This document shows positions 28,204 through 37,700 of a stretch of DNA of 64,000 nt, piece by piece (position 1 is the first letter of the stretch; each line of letters opens with the position of its first letter). Origin of the DNA: Patescibacteria group bacterium (lineage in GTDB: Bacteria; Patescibacteriota; Patescibacteriia; UBA9570; JAHJKD01). Under the pieces are notes generated by a model. It ran no database searches. It saw only the letters and a list, made by a program, of their open reading frames with translations, and was not told where the DNA came from. The position numbers were made by a program, and so were the translations under genes. The stretch lies in assembly GCA_043798935.1 (NCBI GenBank), contig JAZDOC010000006.1:24996-88995 (forward strand), read 5' to 3'.

Positions 28204-29245
28204 TTAATAACTGATTAATATTAAAATCATCCAAATTTAATTTTTCTAGAATTGTATATCTATCAGGGCGGGTTTGAGGGGCGAATTTCAGCACTTCTAT
28301 CATTTGGCTATGAGTAAGGTTGATATCTTGATAATGAGTTGGTAGGCTAAGGTTTTTAAATAATTTTTTGTAATTATTATAATAAGCACTATTTCTTAAT
28401 TTTTCGGTAATAATTATTCCTAAAGCTACTTGTTCGCCATGCATGGCCGTGTTTGGAAATAGTTTGTCAATGGCGTGGGAGATTTTATGCTCTGCACCAG
28501 AACAGGGGCGAGAGTTTCCGGAAATATGCATAGCTATACCGCTTAATACTAAGCCGTTAATTAAAGTGAGTAAAAATTTATCTGAGTATATATTAATGTT
28601 ATAATCATCATCGACATTGCCGTAAATTAAATCTGCGGCCGAATAAGCAAGCGACATGGCGAAATCATCAATTTTTTCTTGTTTTTCCATGTGGGCTAGT
28701 TTCCAGTCGGCTAGTGCTGAAAAATTTGATAATAAATCACCTGTGCCAGCTTGAATATTTTTAAGCGGTGCTTTTTTTATTATATCTAAATCCACAATAA
28801 TGCCTGTTGGCATATTAACGCCCATGCTTTGTTTTAAATTATTACCGTCTGTTAAGACTGCAATTGGCGAAGCGATACCGTCGTGCGATGGAGAAGTCGG
28901 TACAGAAATATAATTTACATTAGCCTTAGTGGCAGCGTATTTTCCTACATCCAGAACTTGGCCTCCGCCAATAGCGATTATGGCATCGTGGGCATTAGTT
29001 AGAATTTGATCTTTAATTTTTTCCGCCGCCGTAATAGAACTGTCATTACTAATTAAAATATTTTGAGGTTGACATAATGAATTTAAATTTATATTTTCCA
29101 AATTTTTAACGGTTTTACTAATAAGTATTAAAGGGTTATTAGCAATTAAATTTTCTTCAATTAAAATATTTTTAATATCATTAATAATATTTTTTTCAAT
29201 TTTGATAAATAAGGGAACTTGTGTATCGCGGAAATTTACCGACAT
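28193..29245 (-). CDS. glycerol-1-phosphate dehydrogenase [NAD(P)+]-like (AraM/EgsA family, Fe-ADH/DHQS-like fold)
   Basis: GGGQVLDVGKYAA glycine-rich NAD motif, SVPTSPSHDGIASP (G1PDH-type substrate/metal motif), GAEHKISHAIDKL His pair; 350 aa. Confidence 0.55.
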   Translation of the reverse strand: MSVNFRDTQVPLFIKIEKNIINDIKNILIEENLIANNPLILISKTVKNLENINLNSLCQPQNILISNDSSITAAEKIKDQILTNAHDAIIAIGGGQVLDVGKYAATKANVNYISVPTSPSHDGIASPIAVLTDGNNLKQSMGVNMPTGIIVDLDIIKKAPLKNIQAGTGDLLSNFSALADWKLAHMEKQEKIDDFAMSLAYSAADLIYGNVDDDYNINIYSDKFLLTLINGLVLSGIAMHISGNSRPCSGAEHKISHAIDKLFPNTAMHGEQVALGIIITEKLRNSAYYNNYKKLFKNLSLPTHYQDINLTHSQMIEVLKFAPQTRPDRYTILEKLNLDDFNINQLLNEL

Positions 29246-29249
29246 ATGT

Positions 29250-29984
29250 TTACGGAATTATTTGTTGAATTAATTGTTTGGCGTTTTTTAAGTCTTCATG
29301 AGTATCAATTTCCATGGCCGGTAGGCCCGAAGTGGAAATTTTATAAATTGGAGCATCTTGATCAATAAAATGCTGTAAAGCATCTTCATAATATAAGCTC
29401 GGATCATTTTGCATCACAGTTTCTAAGCTATTAATTAACGCTTGTTTAAATTCACTGCCTAATTTCATGAGGCCAATATATTCGCCGTTAGCTATTTCAG
29501 GTTTTAAAGTTTTGTGAATTTTGTGAATTTTATTATCTTTATCGATGTAAACTTTCATTTCCTCATCAGATAATTTTTTAAAATCATCGATGGCCATAAC
29601 ATTTTTTTGCGGATGATCGAGTAGCGCTTGCAGAATATTTTTGTGAAAAATAGTGTCAGAATTAATAATAATAAAATCGTTAGAAAAAATTGGTTTAGCA
29701 GAGTAAAGAGAATGGATATTACCTTTGCTGTTATATTCGTTATTATAAATTATTTCAATAGAAACATCGGGATTGTTTTTTTTATATTTTTCTGAAAAAG
29801 CTACCACATGTTCATGGCCATGCCCGGTTAATAAGCTAAATTTTTTCAGACCACAAGCTTGGCAGGTATCTAAAATATGGTGCAAAATTTCTTTATCACT
29901 AATTTTAAGTAAGCTTTTTGGATGTTTATCAGTGAGAGGTCGAAGGCGTTTAGATTCGCCGGCAGTTAAAATTAAAACTTGCAT
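29250..29984 (-). CDS. sugar/alcohol-phosphate nucleotidyltransferase (NTP_transferase family)
   Basis: N-terminal LILTAGESKRLRPLTDKHPKSLL (G-x-G-x-R-L motif), 244 aa. Confidence 0.6.
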   Translation of the reverse strand: MQVLILTAGESKRLRPLTDKHPKSLLKISDKEILHHILDTCQACGLKKFSLLTGHGHEHVVAFSEKYKKNNPDVSIEIIYNNEYNSKGNIHSLYSAKPIFSNDFIIINSDTIFHKNILQALLDHPQKNVMAIDDFKKLSDEEMKVYIDKDNKIHKIHKTLKPEIANGEYIGLMKLGSEFKQALINSLETVMQNDPSLYYEDALQHFIDQDAPIYKISTSGLPAMEIDTHEDLKNAKQLIQQIIP

Positions 29985-30000
29985 AATAATTTTGGTAGTA

Positions 30001-31488
30001 TTAATTGTTTATAGCATCAGATTCAGGATTGCTTGACGCATTCTTTTGAAATTTATTAGGAATTAATTGTTTAAATAATGCCATGTCGTAAGCGTCGAGA
30101 AACTTAAAAACCCATAAAAAGAAGCCGTAAATTAAGGCTCCTAATAATATAGTAAATATAACATTTAACTTGTCCATTGTAAAATAGATTACCGTGCCCA
30201 TAATAATGCTCGCCAGAACGGGTTTAATGAGTTTGAGTAGATAAGAGAAAACGTTTAATTTAAGATAATAAAGATCAGTAATAGTGAAAGCGATTCTGAT
30301 AATAAATTCAGTAGCGACAGTACCAATAACAGCGCCCATGAAGCCATATGCATTAATTAGAAAATAATTAATAATTATTAAAAAAATAAATGAAAAAATT
30401 TGGATAATATTTTCCTGTTTTTGTTTATCAATGGCGGTTAAAGATTGCCCGGAAACATTACCGGCAAAGCGAGCGATTAAAAACAGCGCAAAATATTTTA
30501 GGGCAAGGGCCGCTGGGGCATAACCGGGCTTACTGTAGATTAAATGAATAATAGGGTCGGCCAATAAAAAAGTGCCGATTACTATTGGAATACTTAAAGC
30601 ATTTAAATATCGAAAAATTAAAAGGTGAATTCGCTTATACTTGTTAATGTCTAAAGTACTGTACTTAAACATTAATGGTAAAGCAATTTGAAAAATCATT
30701 TGTGGCAGAATTAGAATTAAAATAATTAATTTAGCCGCCGCTGAATAAAGACCAGCCTCGGTATTGCCTTTAAAATACTGCAACATCAATATACTGATTT
30801 GAAAATAAGCAATTAGAAATATATCGTAAATGGAATATTTAAGGCCGTCTTTAACCATGGGCCATAAAAGTTTTAAATTGAATGTTGGTTTCACAAGTTT
30901 TAAGTCGTAAAGGAATACCGATAGTATAAATAACAGATTCATAATCAGCGGCGCCCCGGCTATCAAAATAATACCGAAATTTCGGTCATTAATAATATAG
31001 CTAATAGCTAAAGTTAAAATGAAGATACAAAAACCCGTAATGACTTCAAAAATTGAAACCACTTTCATTTTTAGCATAATACGTAAAACAGCTCGAAATG
31101 ATTTTCTAAATTCAAAGAAAACAGTTGCCAAACCTAAGAGTACTACCAAAATCATGGTTTGCGAGTCGTAGTGCAACACTACGGCCATCACAATTGTTAT
31201 AATAAAGAAAAAAGTCGAAGCAATGGATTGAATAATAATAGAATTTCCGAAATAAAGGCTGATTGAATCTTTATGGCGTGATCCTTCGCGCATTAGGAGA
31301 GTGGTAGAGCCAATATCGTTGGCTACTAGAAAGGTATTGGTTAAGGCGAGGGCTGTAGAATACATACCGAATTTTTCCACGCCAGCATAACGCGCGATAA
31401 TAATTGCAACCAGAGCATTAAAAATGCGATATAAAACACGAGCGATTAAAACCGCAAAAGCGTTATTGAATAATTTGCGAAACATCAT
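30001..31488 (-). CDS. polysaccharide flippase, MOP/Wzx family
   Basis: 495 aa, about 14 TM helices. Confidence 0.6.
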   Translation of the reverse strand: MMFRKLFNNAFAVLIARVLYRIFNALVAIIIARYAGVEKFGMYSTALALTNTFLVANDIGSTTLLMREGSRHKDSISLYFGNSIIIQSIASTFFFIITIVMAVVLHYDSQTMILVVLLGLATVFFEFRKSFRAVLRIMLKMKVVSIFEVITGFCIFILTLAISYIINDRNFGIILIAGAPLIMNLLFILSVFLYDLKLVKPTFNLKLLWPMVKDGLKYSIYDIFLIAYFQISILMLQYFKGNTEAGLYSAAAKLIILILILPQMIFQIALPLMFKYSTLDINKYKRIHLLIFRYLNALSIPIVIGTFLLADPIIHLIYSKPGYAPAALALKYFALFLIARFAGNVSGQSLTAIDKQKQENIIQIFSFIFLIIINYFLINAYGFMGAVIGTVATEFIIRIAFTITDLYYLKLNVFSYLLKLIKPVLASIIMGTVIYFTMDKLNVIFTILLGALIYGFFLWVFKFLDAYDMALFKQLIPNKFQKNASSNPESDAINN

Positions 31489-32372
31489 AAGTTAATTTGT
31501 TTTTTACACACGGCCGATAATAATCCGTATTTAATAGCCAGAATATTTAATAATTTAAAGAATTTATAATTAATAAATATTTTTGCCGGCCAACGACAAA
31601 CTGTTAATCCGAGCTTACAAATAATCCGTAAACATTGAGCAGGAAAATTATTTTGATGGGCTAATAAATGTGGAAAATATTTTTTGATAAAGCTTGGATT
31701 ATGAAGAGAAGTGATTAAAAAATTATTATAATTTTGTTTGATGCGTTTTTTTATAATTACATCTAAACAAATTTCATTAACGTGATTAATAATAACATTT
31801 TCGGAAAAGATAATTGTTTTATTATGCTCGTGTAAGAGCGCACCGAATTCCATATCGCCGCCGTACTGAAGCCGGCTATTAAAACCATTAAGTTTTTCAA
31901 AGACGTGTTTTTTAATAGCAAAATTTCTAGTATCAATGCGGCTTAATGTTTTATTATTATTGTTTAGAAAATCATGGGTAATTTGTTCATAAAATTTTTG
32001 TTCAAACTCGGCAATATTATTTTTATTTATACCTAATATTTTACCCATAAGGCTGTCTACATTTTGATCGAATGTTTTATCAATCTCTTTTAACCAATTG
32101 CTAGTCACTTGGCAGTCTGAATCAATAAAAATTAATATCTCACCACCAGCGTTATTAGCACCGGTGTTTCTAGCTTGATAGGATCCTGTTATTGGTTCAT
32201 GGACGTATTTAACCAAGTATTTATCAGCAAAATAGCGTAATTGCTTTTCGTGATTATTATCTACTAAAATTACTTCAAAATCAGAAATTGGATAATCTAA
32301 ATTTTGAATTGATTTTAAGCAATCATTAAGATATTTTGAAGATGAACAGGGGATAATAATTGAATATTTCAT
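31485..32372 (-). CDS. glycosyltransferase family 2
   Basis: SIIIPCSSSKYLNDCLKSI and DSDC (DxD-type) motifs. Confidence 0.7.
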   Translation of the reverse strand: MKYSIIIPCSSSKYLNDCLKSIQNLDYPISDFEVILVDNNHEKQLRYFADKYLVKYVHEPITGSYQARNTGANNAGGEILIFIDSDCQVTSNWLKEIDKTFDQNVDSLMGKILGINKNNIAEFEQKFYEQITHDFLNNNNKTLSRIDTRNFAIKKHVFEKLNGFNSRLQYGGDMEFGALLHEHNKTIIFSENVIINHVNEICLDVIIKKRIKQNYNNFLITSLHNPSFIKKYFPHLLAHQNNFPAQCLRIICKLGLTVCRWPAKIFINYKFFKLLNILAIKYGLLSAVCKKQINL

Positions 32373-32408
32373 TGTCTTATTATACTATAATGCATTAGTA
32401 AAATCAAC

Positions 32409-32437
32409 TTGGCAAAATCGGTTAATTAATCTATAAT
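32409..32437 (+). promoter_or_regulatory. sigma70 promoter TTGGCA-17-TATAAT
   Basis: 5/6 -35, 17-nt spacer, perfect -10; 8 nt before the ATG at 32445, in a divergent intergenic region. Confidence 0.55.
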
Positions 32438-32444
32438 AACGGCA

Positions 32445-33926
32445 ATGTTTTTAAACAATAAATCAGAAAAAAAAATAAATTATAAAGCCGTTATTGTCGC
32501 TGTTTTTTTTATAATTTTATTTTTTGTGGCACTCTACTTACGCTATAAAAATATCGATTATATAAATTTTCAAAATGATGAATATTATCATTTGAATACC
32601 GCCGTTGGTTTTCTGAAAACCGGCCATTTTGAGACATGGGATTTTGTAGAACAGAGAACTCTAAGGCCATATCCGCGCGCTCGAATATTTACTATTCAAG
32701 TTGCGGCCAGCTTTAAACTGCTGGGTATAAATGAATTTGCGGGCCGTCTGCCGGCATTAATTTGGGGATTATTATTATTACCGCTTATATACTTTGTTTC
32801 TTATAAAGTAAGTAAATCGCATCTGGTATCTTTAATTGCAGTTTATACAGTAAGTTTCGATAATATGTTTATCTGGTCATCGCGAATTTGTCGAATGTAT
32901 TCCATGTTTGCATTTTTAGCTTTACTTTTTTCTTGGCTGGCTTATAAAGCGCTGAATACAAAAAATAATTATAAATATATTTATTATTTATTAGCTATTA
33001 TTACTTTTTATTTGGCGTTTATTACCCACGCCGAAGTATTAGTATTAGCGATCGGTTTTTTAATTTATTTTATTTTGAATTTTTTTAAAGAGTTTAAATA
33101 TAAAGTTTTTACAATTAGTGCAATTATTGGCGGGGTAGTAATTGCTGTGTATCATTTTTTTATTGCTAAAATTTCTTATTTAAATTTTATTGGCTGGCAA
33201 GCAAAGCCTAATTGGTCTTATATTGCGGAATTATTTAATCAGTTTAAGTTTGAATACTTAGGATGGATAGTTTTATTAGCGGGAATAATATTTTTATTTA
33301 CGCATAAAAATAATTTACGAACTTATTATTATTGTTTGTTTTCCGGGCCGCTAGTATATTTTGTTTGGTTTGCGGATCGTTATGCGGCAAAAAAATATAT
33401 TTTATTTTTAATTCCTTTTATCATAATAATTTTTTCCGACAGTTTATATAGAATTTGTTCATTATGTTTTAAAAAGCAAAAATATGCACAGTACATTTTA
33501 TTAATCATAATTTTATTATTTGCTGGCCCATATTTTTCTTGGCCAAGCGTAAAGGAAAATTATTTTTTCCAGCCGGCGCGGGCCGATTGGACATATTCAA
33601 ATTCGCAAATGCATAATTACCGCGATGCTTACAATTATATCGCCGATAATAATAAAAATAGCGATCCGGTATTAATTTACTCTAAAAGAACTTATTATCT
33701 TGAAAATAAAGCCTTAAATTTAGTTTATTTCACTGAAAATACCACTATCAATGATATTCAAGAATTAGTTAAAAAAAATAAAAGTGGCTGGATTGTTTGG
33801 CCACAATACAAAGCCAGGGCTCATTTATCGGCCAAGGTAATGAAATATATTCAGAAAAATTTTAAAAAAATTGAACCCATCAGTAATGATACGCATGTAA
33901 TCATTTTTCACTGGGAGAATAATTAA
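32445..33926 (+). CDS. GT-C membrane glycosyltransferase, ArnT/PMT (GT39/GT83)-like
   Basis: 493 aa, about 11 TM helices, first extracytoplasmic loop with NDEYYHLNTAVGF (DE motif of the PMT_2/ArnT family). Confidence 0.5.
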   Translation: MFLNNKSEKKINYKAVIVAVFFIILFFVALYLRYKNIDYINFQNDEYYHLNTAVGFLKTGHFETWDFVEQRTLRPYPRARIFTIQVAASFKLLGINEFAGRLPALIWGLLLLPLIYFVSYKVSKSHLVSLIAVYTVSFDNMFIWSSRICRMYSMFAFLALLFSWLAYKALNTKNNYKYIYYLLAIITFYLAFITHAEVLVLAIGFLIYFILNFFKEFKYKVFTISAIIGGVVIAVYHFFIAKISYLNFIGWQAKPNWSYIAELFNQFKFEYLGWIVLLAGIIFLFTHKNNLRTYYYCLFSGPLVYFVWFADRYAAKKYILFLIPFIIIIFSDSLYRICSLCFKKQKYAQYILLIIILLFAGPYFSWPSVKENYFFQPARADWTYSNSQMHNYRDAYNYIADNNKNSDPVLIYSKRTYYLENKALNLVYFTENTTINDIQELVKKNKSGWIVWPQYKARAHLSAKVMKYIQKNFKKIEPISNDTHVIIFHWENN

Positions 33927-34846
33927 TTTTTTATAACGCGTTCAATATTATATGGTCGGCGTTTATCGTTGAAGTAATTTTTTATTAGAATTTCGCCCAG
34001 TAATCCGGAAACAAAAAGCTGGATGCCGGCCAAAATTAAAAATACTGAAATGGTTGGCCAAATGCGGTTTGATAAATAAAAATTGAAAAATAATCTTAAG
34101 ATAAACAAACTAAATAGCATGGTGCTGCCAATCAATGTTAATAATATTCCGCTTCCGCCGAAAATATGCAATGGGCGAGAAGCATATTTTCTCCAGAACC
34201 AAACACCGATCATATCCACAAAGCCTTTTAAAATTCGTTTGTAATTGTATTTGGTTTGGCCATATTGGCGTGCTACATGCTCAACTTCAACTTCTCCCAC
34301 TTTATAGCCTTGCCATAATAATATACCCGGAATAAAGCGGTGAATTTCTCCATACAAATCTATCTGGTGGAAACATTCTTTTTTGTAAGCTTTAAGCGAG
34401 CAACCAGAATCGTGGATTTTGTCATCAATAAAAAATTTACGTAAAACATTTGCGCCGCGAGAAATAAATTTTTTACCAAAAGTGTCTTTGCGTTTATGGC
34501 GCCAACCGGAAACAACATCAAATCCTTCTTGCATTTTGTTTAATAGTTTCGGTATTTCTTCGGGGGGATTTTGCAAGTCGCCATCAAGTGTTATTAGAAT
34601 TTCGCCTTCAGCCTCTTTGATGCCGGCATCCATGGCGGCTGTTTGGCCGAAATTTTTACGGAATTTAATAAGCTTAACAGGGGATAGTTTTAATAGTTCA
34701 CTATAAGTGTTATCGTCACTACCATCATCAATAATGATTATCTCATAGTCTTTTTGTAAAGAATCCATTACTTTTTTAACGCGTTCATGAAGTTCAATTA
34801 TATTTTTTTCCTCATTATAAACCGGAATAATTACTGAATATTTCAT
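33923..34846 (-). CDS. GT2 polyprenyl-phosphate glycosyltransferase (GtrB/ArnC-like) with C-terminal TM helices
   Basis: SVIIPVYNEEKNI, IIDDGSDDNT, LDGDLQ (DxD); two C-terminal TM helices. Confidence 0.75.
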   Translation of the reverse strand: MKYSVIIPVYNEEKNIIELHERVKKVMDSLQKDYEIIIIDDGSDDNTYSELLKLSPVKLIKFRKNFGQTAAMDAGIKEAEGEILITLDGDLQNPPEEIPKLLNKMQEGFDVVSGWRHKRKDTFGKKFISRGANVLRKFFIDDKIHDSGCSLKAYKKECFHQIDLYGEIHRFIPGILLWQGYKVGEVEVEHVARQYGQTKYNYKRILKGFVDMIGVWFWRKYASRPLHIFGGSGILLTLIGSTMLFSLFILRLFFNFYLSNRIWPTISVFLILAGIQLFVSGLLGEILIKNYFNDKRRPYNIERVIKN

Positions 34847-34878
34847 AAATTGTTTGATAATAGATTAAATGTTTAACT

Positions 34879-36426
34879 TTGGCTATTATATCAAGCTTGA
34901 TTTATTTTGGCAATTTATTTATAATAATGAAGATGAAAATAGAGAAAATTACGAAAATTTGGTCAATTTTTTTATTTGTGGCGATTGTGGCTCTTTTTTT
35001 GTTTTTACTTAATAATTACTTTGTTTTTAACGGAAAATTAACAATTTCATACGATTTTTGCTCGCCAGCAACACTCATTACTGAATTTACGCCTACTGGC
35101 CGAGCCTTAGCCATTGAAAAAAACCTAAAAACGGGGGAATGTTATCAGAGAATCGTCGGAGAGCCGGTTTATTTCACTTCTTATGTACCCCGTTCGTTTG
35201 ATACGGCGGAGGTGGCTATAAATTATCAAAACCCCAGCCAAAGCATTTTAGAGCTTGGTGTGCAAAAATCCATTGATTGGAATTTCGAGTTAAAGCCTTT
35301 GGAAAATAAATTTATCGATAATTCGACTTGGGATAGAATAAACACTGATAATATAATTTTTTTACAAAAACAAAAAAAATATAATAGCTATCAGGAATTT
35401 TTAGATAATGTTCCGACTGATAAAAAAATAGCTACTTATAATTATAGTTTGCCGTATAAATTTGTGATCGACGATTATGAGCCAAGCGACAAACAGCTTG
35501 AAATTAATACGGCACTGCGAGGCCGGCATGAATTTTATACTTATTTAGGCAAAGGCGAAGATCTTGATTTTACTTTCTATTGGCAAGATATTAACTGGGC
35601 GCTGAGCGCGGATAATTTTATAGTGCGTATTTACAAAGATGACACTGAAATTCAAACCGAAGTCGAGCCCGGAGACGGCAATACCGATATTAGTGGCACG
35701 GCTTCACTGGTTAAAGAGAAACAAATAAAACTAACTAATTTAAGCGGTGGGTTATTCCGGATAGTAGTTGATGTTAGTAATGATGTTTTTATTCGAAAAA
35801 TTATCACTAAGCAACATTTGCTAGTAGTAAAAAACAGAATTTTTTTAGCTGACAGCGAGGCCCATAAAAATAGCATTTCAGATTTAACTCTGGATCCTAC
35901 CACGTTATATACTAACAGTGATATTTTATTAGCGCGTACTGATCATTCGGAAAGTTTGCAAAGCATAAGCATTAACAACGACAAATTAGAACTTATTCGC
36001 ACCGGTGAAGATTTTAAATGGAGTGATGATAATAATTTAGGTTCCATAAAAATTATTAACGCTGTTTTAAATGATGTATACATTCAAGGATTTGGCTATT
36101 ATTCTTTTACGCCCGAAAGTTTTTTTGATCCCGACTATGGCATAGATATTTTGCGCACCGACATGAATATGGATAATTACGATTATTTAATTGCCAAAGA
36201 TTATTCTGCCCCGACAGCTGTTCGCAGTTGGAACGCGGCTACGCAAAGTTTTGTTTTAGACACGGTACCGGGCGACAGAAAAACATTAAATTTTATTCTG
36301 TCCGCACCCGGAATCACCGATATTAATAGCCAGATTATAGTTAAAAATATTGAAATTAAATTTAAAAAAGATCCATTAAATTTAAAAAATTTATGGCCGC
36401 GGCTAAAGTTTAAATTAGGCTTATGA
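34879..36426 (+). CDS. hypothetical exported protein with an N-terminal TM anchor (true start possibly the MKMKIEK methionine)
   Basis: 515 aa; one N-terminal hydrophobic helix then a large hydrophilic domain; no recognisable motif. Confidence 0.35.
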   Translation: MAIISSLIYFGNLFIIMKMKIEKITKIWSIFLFVAIVALFLFLLNNYFVFNGKLTISYDFCSPATLITEFTPTGRALAIEKNLKTGECYQRIVGEPVYFTSYVPRSFDTAEVAINYQNPSQSILELGVQKSIDWNFELKPLENKFIDNSTWDRINTDNIIFLQKQKKYNSYQEFLDNVPTDKKIATYNYSLPYKFVIDDYEPSDKQLEINTALRGRHEFYTYLGKGEDLDFTFYWQDINWALSADNFIVRIYKDDTEIQTEVEPGDGNTDISGTASLVKEKQIKLTNLSGGLFRIVVDVSNDVFIRKIITKQHLLVVKNRIFLADSEAHKNSISDLTLDPTTLYTNSDILLARTDHSESLQSISINNDKLELIRTGEDFKWSDDNNLGSIKIINAVLNDVYIQGFGYYSFTPESFFDPDYGIDILRTDMNMDNYDYLIAKDYSAPTAVRSWNAATQSFVLDTVPGDRKTLNFILSAPGITDINSQIIVKNIEIKFKKDPLNLKNLWPRLKFKLGL

Positions 36427-36629
36427 ATACAGTAAAAAATACCAGGCGTCAGTTATTTAGCGAAATTCTTAAATTATTATTTAAAGCTTTATTTGTTAGC
36501 TATTTTCTACTGATCATTTTAAATGTTTTTACTGATAATTTTGTAGAGTATTATATAAATTTTAATTATTGGTTAGTTGGTTTATTAACTATCGTAGTTT
36601 TATATATTTTAATAAAAGATAAAAATTAA
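36423..36629 (+). CDS. small membrane protein, hypothetical
   Basis: 68 aa, two hydrophobic helices, 4-nt overlap with the upstream gene. Confidence 0.25.
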   Translation: MNTVKNTRRQLFSEILKLLFKALFVSYFLLIILNVFTDNFVEYYINFNYWLVGLLTIVVLYILIKDKN

Positions 36630-36642
36630 TTTTAAAGTCAAT

Positions 36643-37665
36643 ATGAAAAAGAAAGCATTAATAACAGGTATTTCCGGGCAAGATGGTTATTTTTTAACTA
36701 AGTTGCTTTTAGAAAAGGATTATGAAGTTCACGGTTTACTTCGTCGTAATAGCCGTAATGACATCGGTAATTTAAATGATTTAAATGATGCCGATAAAGC
36801 ATTATTAATATTACACTGGGGAGATATCATTGATCATACCTATGTTGAAAAATTAATTCGTACTTATCAATATGATGAAGTGTATCATTTAGCGGCTCAA
36901 AGCTTCGTTGGTCTTAGTTTTACAAATCCCCGCGCAACTTACGATATTAATATCAGCGGAACTTTAAATGTAATTAACGCCATCAAAGAATTTTCTCCGC
37001 ACACTAAATTGTATTTTGCCGCCACATCAGAATTATATGGAAAAGTTCATGAAGTGCCACAGAACGAAGAAACGCCTTTTCATCCGCGCAGCCCTTATGG
37101 CGTATCAAAGTTGGCTGGATTTTGGACCATTAAAAATTATCGGGAAAGCTATAATTTATTTATGTCTAACGGTATATTATTCAATCATGAATCCGAAATG
37201 CGCGGACCGGAATTTGTCACTAGAAAAATTTCTATTGGTATTTCTAAAATTAAAAACGGATCAGCCGAGTGTATTGAACTTGGCAATTTAGACGCTAAAA
37301 GAGATTGGGGATATGCCAAAGATTATGTACTGGGCATGTGGCAGATTATGCAGTATGAAAAAGCCGATGATTTTGTATTAGCTATGGGCAAAAATCACAG
37401 CATCAGAGAATTTGTAGAATTAGGTTTTGAAGTAATCGGTAAAGAGATAGTTTGGGAAGGCGAAGGCGTAAATGAAATCGGCAAAGATAAAATTAGCGGT
37501 GAAGTGCTGGTAAAAGTGAATCCGGAATTTTTCCGCCCGGCTGAAGTAGATGAATTATTGGGTGACGCCACCAAGGCCAAAGAAAAATTAAATTGGCAAC
37601 CACAAACATCATTTTCTGAATTAGTTGAGATTATGGTTAAACATGATTTGGAAAAAAATAAATAA
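36643..37665 (+). CDS. gmd: GDP-mannose 4,6-dehydratase
   Basis: KKALITGISGQDGYFLTKLLLEKDYEVHGLLRR N-terminus and SPYGVSKLAGFW catalytic YxxxK region are characteristic of Gmd. Confidence 0.85.
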   Translation: MKKKALITGISGQDGYFLTKLLLEKDYEVHGLLRRNSRNDIGNLNDLNDADKALLILHWGDIIDHTYVEKLIRTYQYDEVYHLAAQSFVGLSFTNPRATYDINISGTLNVINAIKEFSPHTKLYFAATSELYGKVHEVPQNEETPFHPRSPYGVSKLAGFWTIKNYRESYNLFMSNGILFNHESEMRGPEFVTRKISIGISKIKNGSAECIELGNLDAKRDWGYAKDYVLGMWQIMQYEKADDFVLAMGKNHSIREFVELGFEVIGKEIVWEGEGVNEIGKDKISGEVLVKVNPEFFRPAEVDELLGDATKAKEKLNWQPQTSFSELVEIMVKHDLEKNK

Positions 37666-37700
37666 ATGTTTTTTTGTAAAAATAATAAATATATTTCAGC

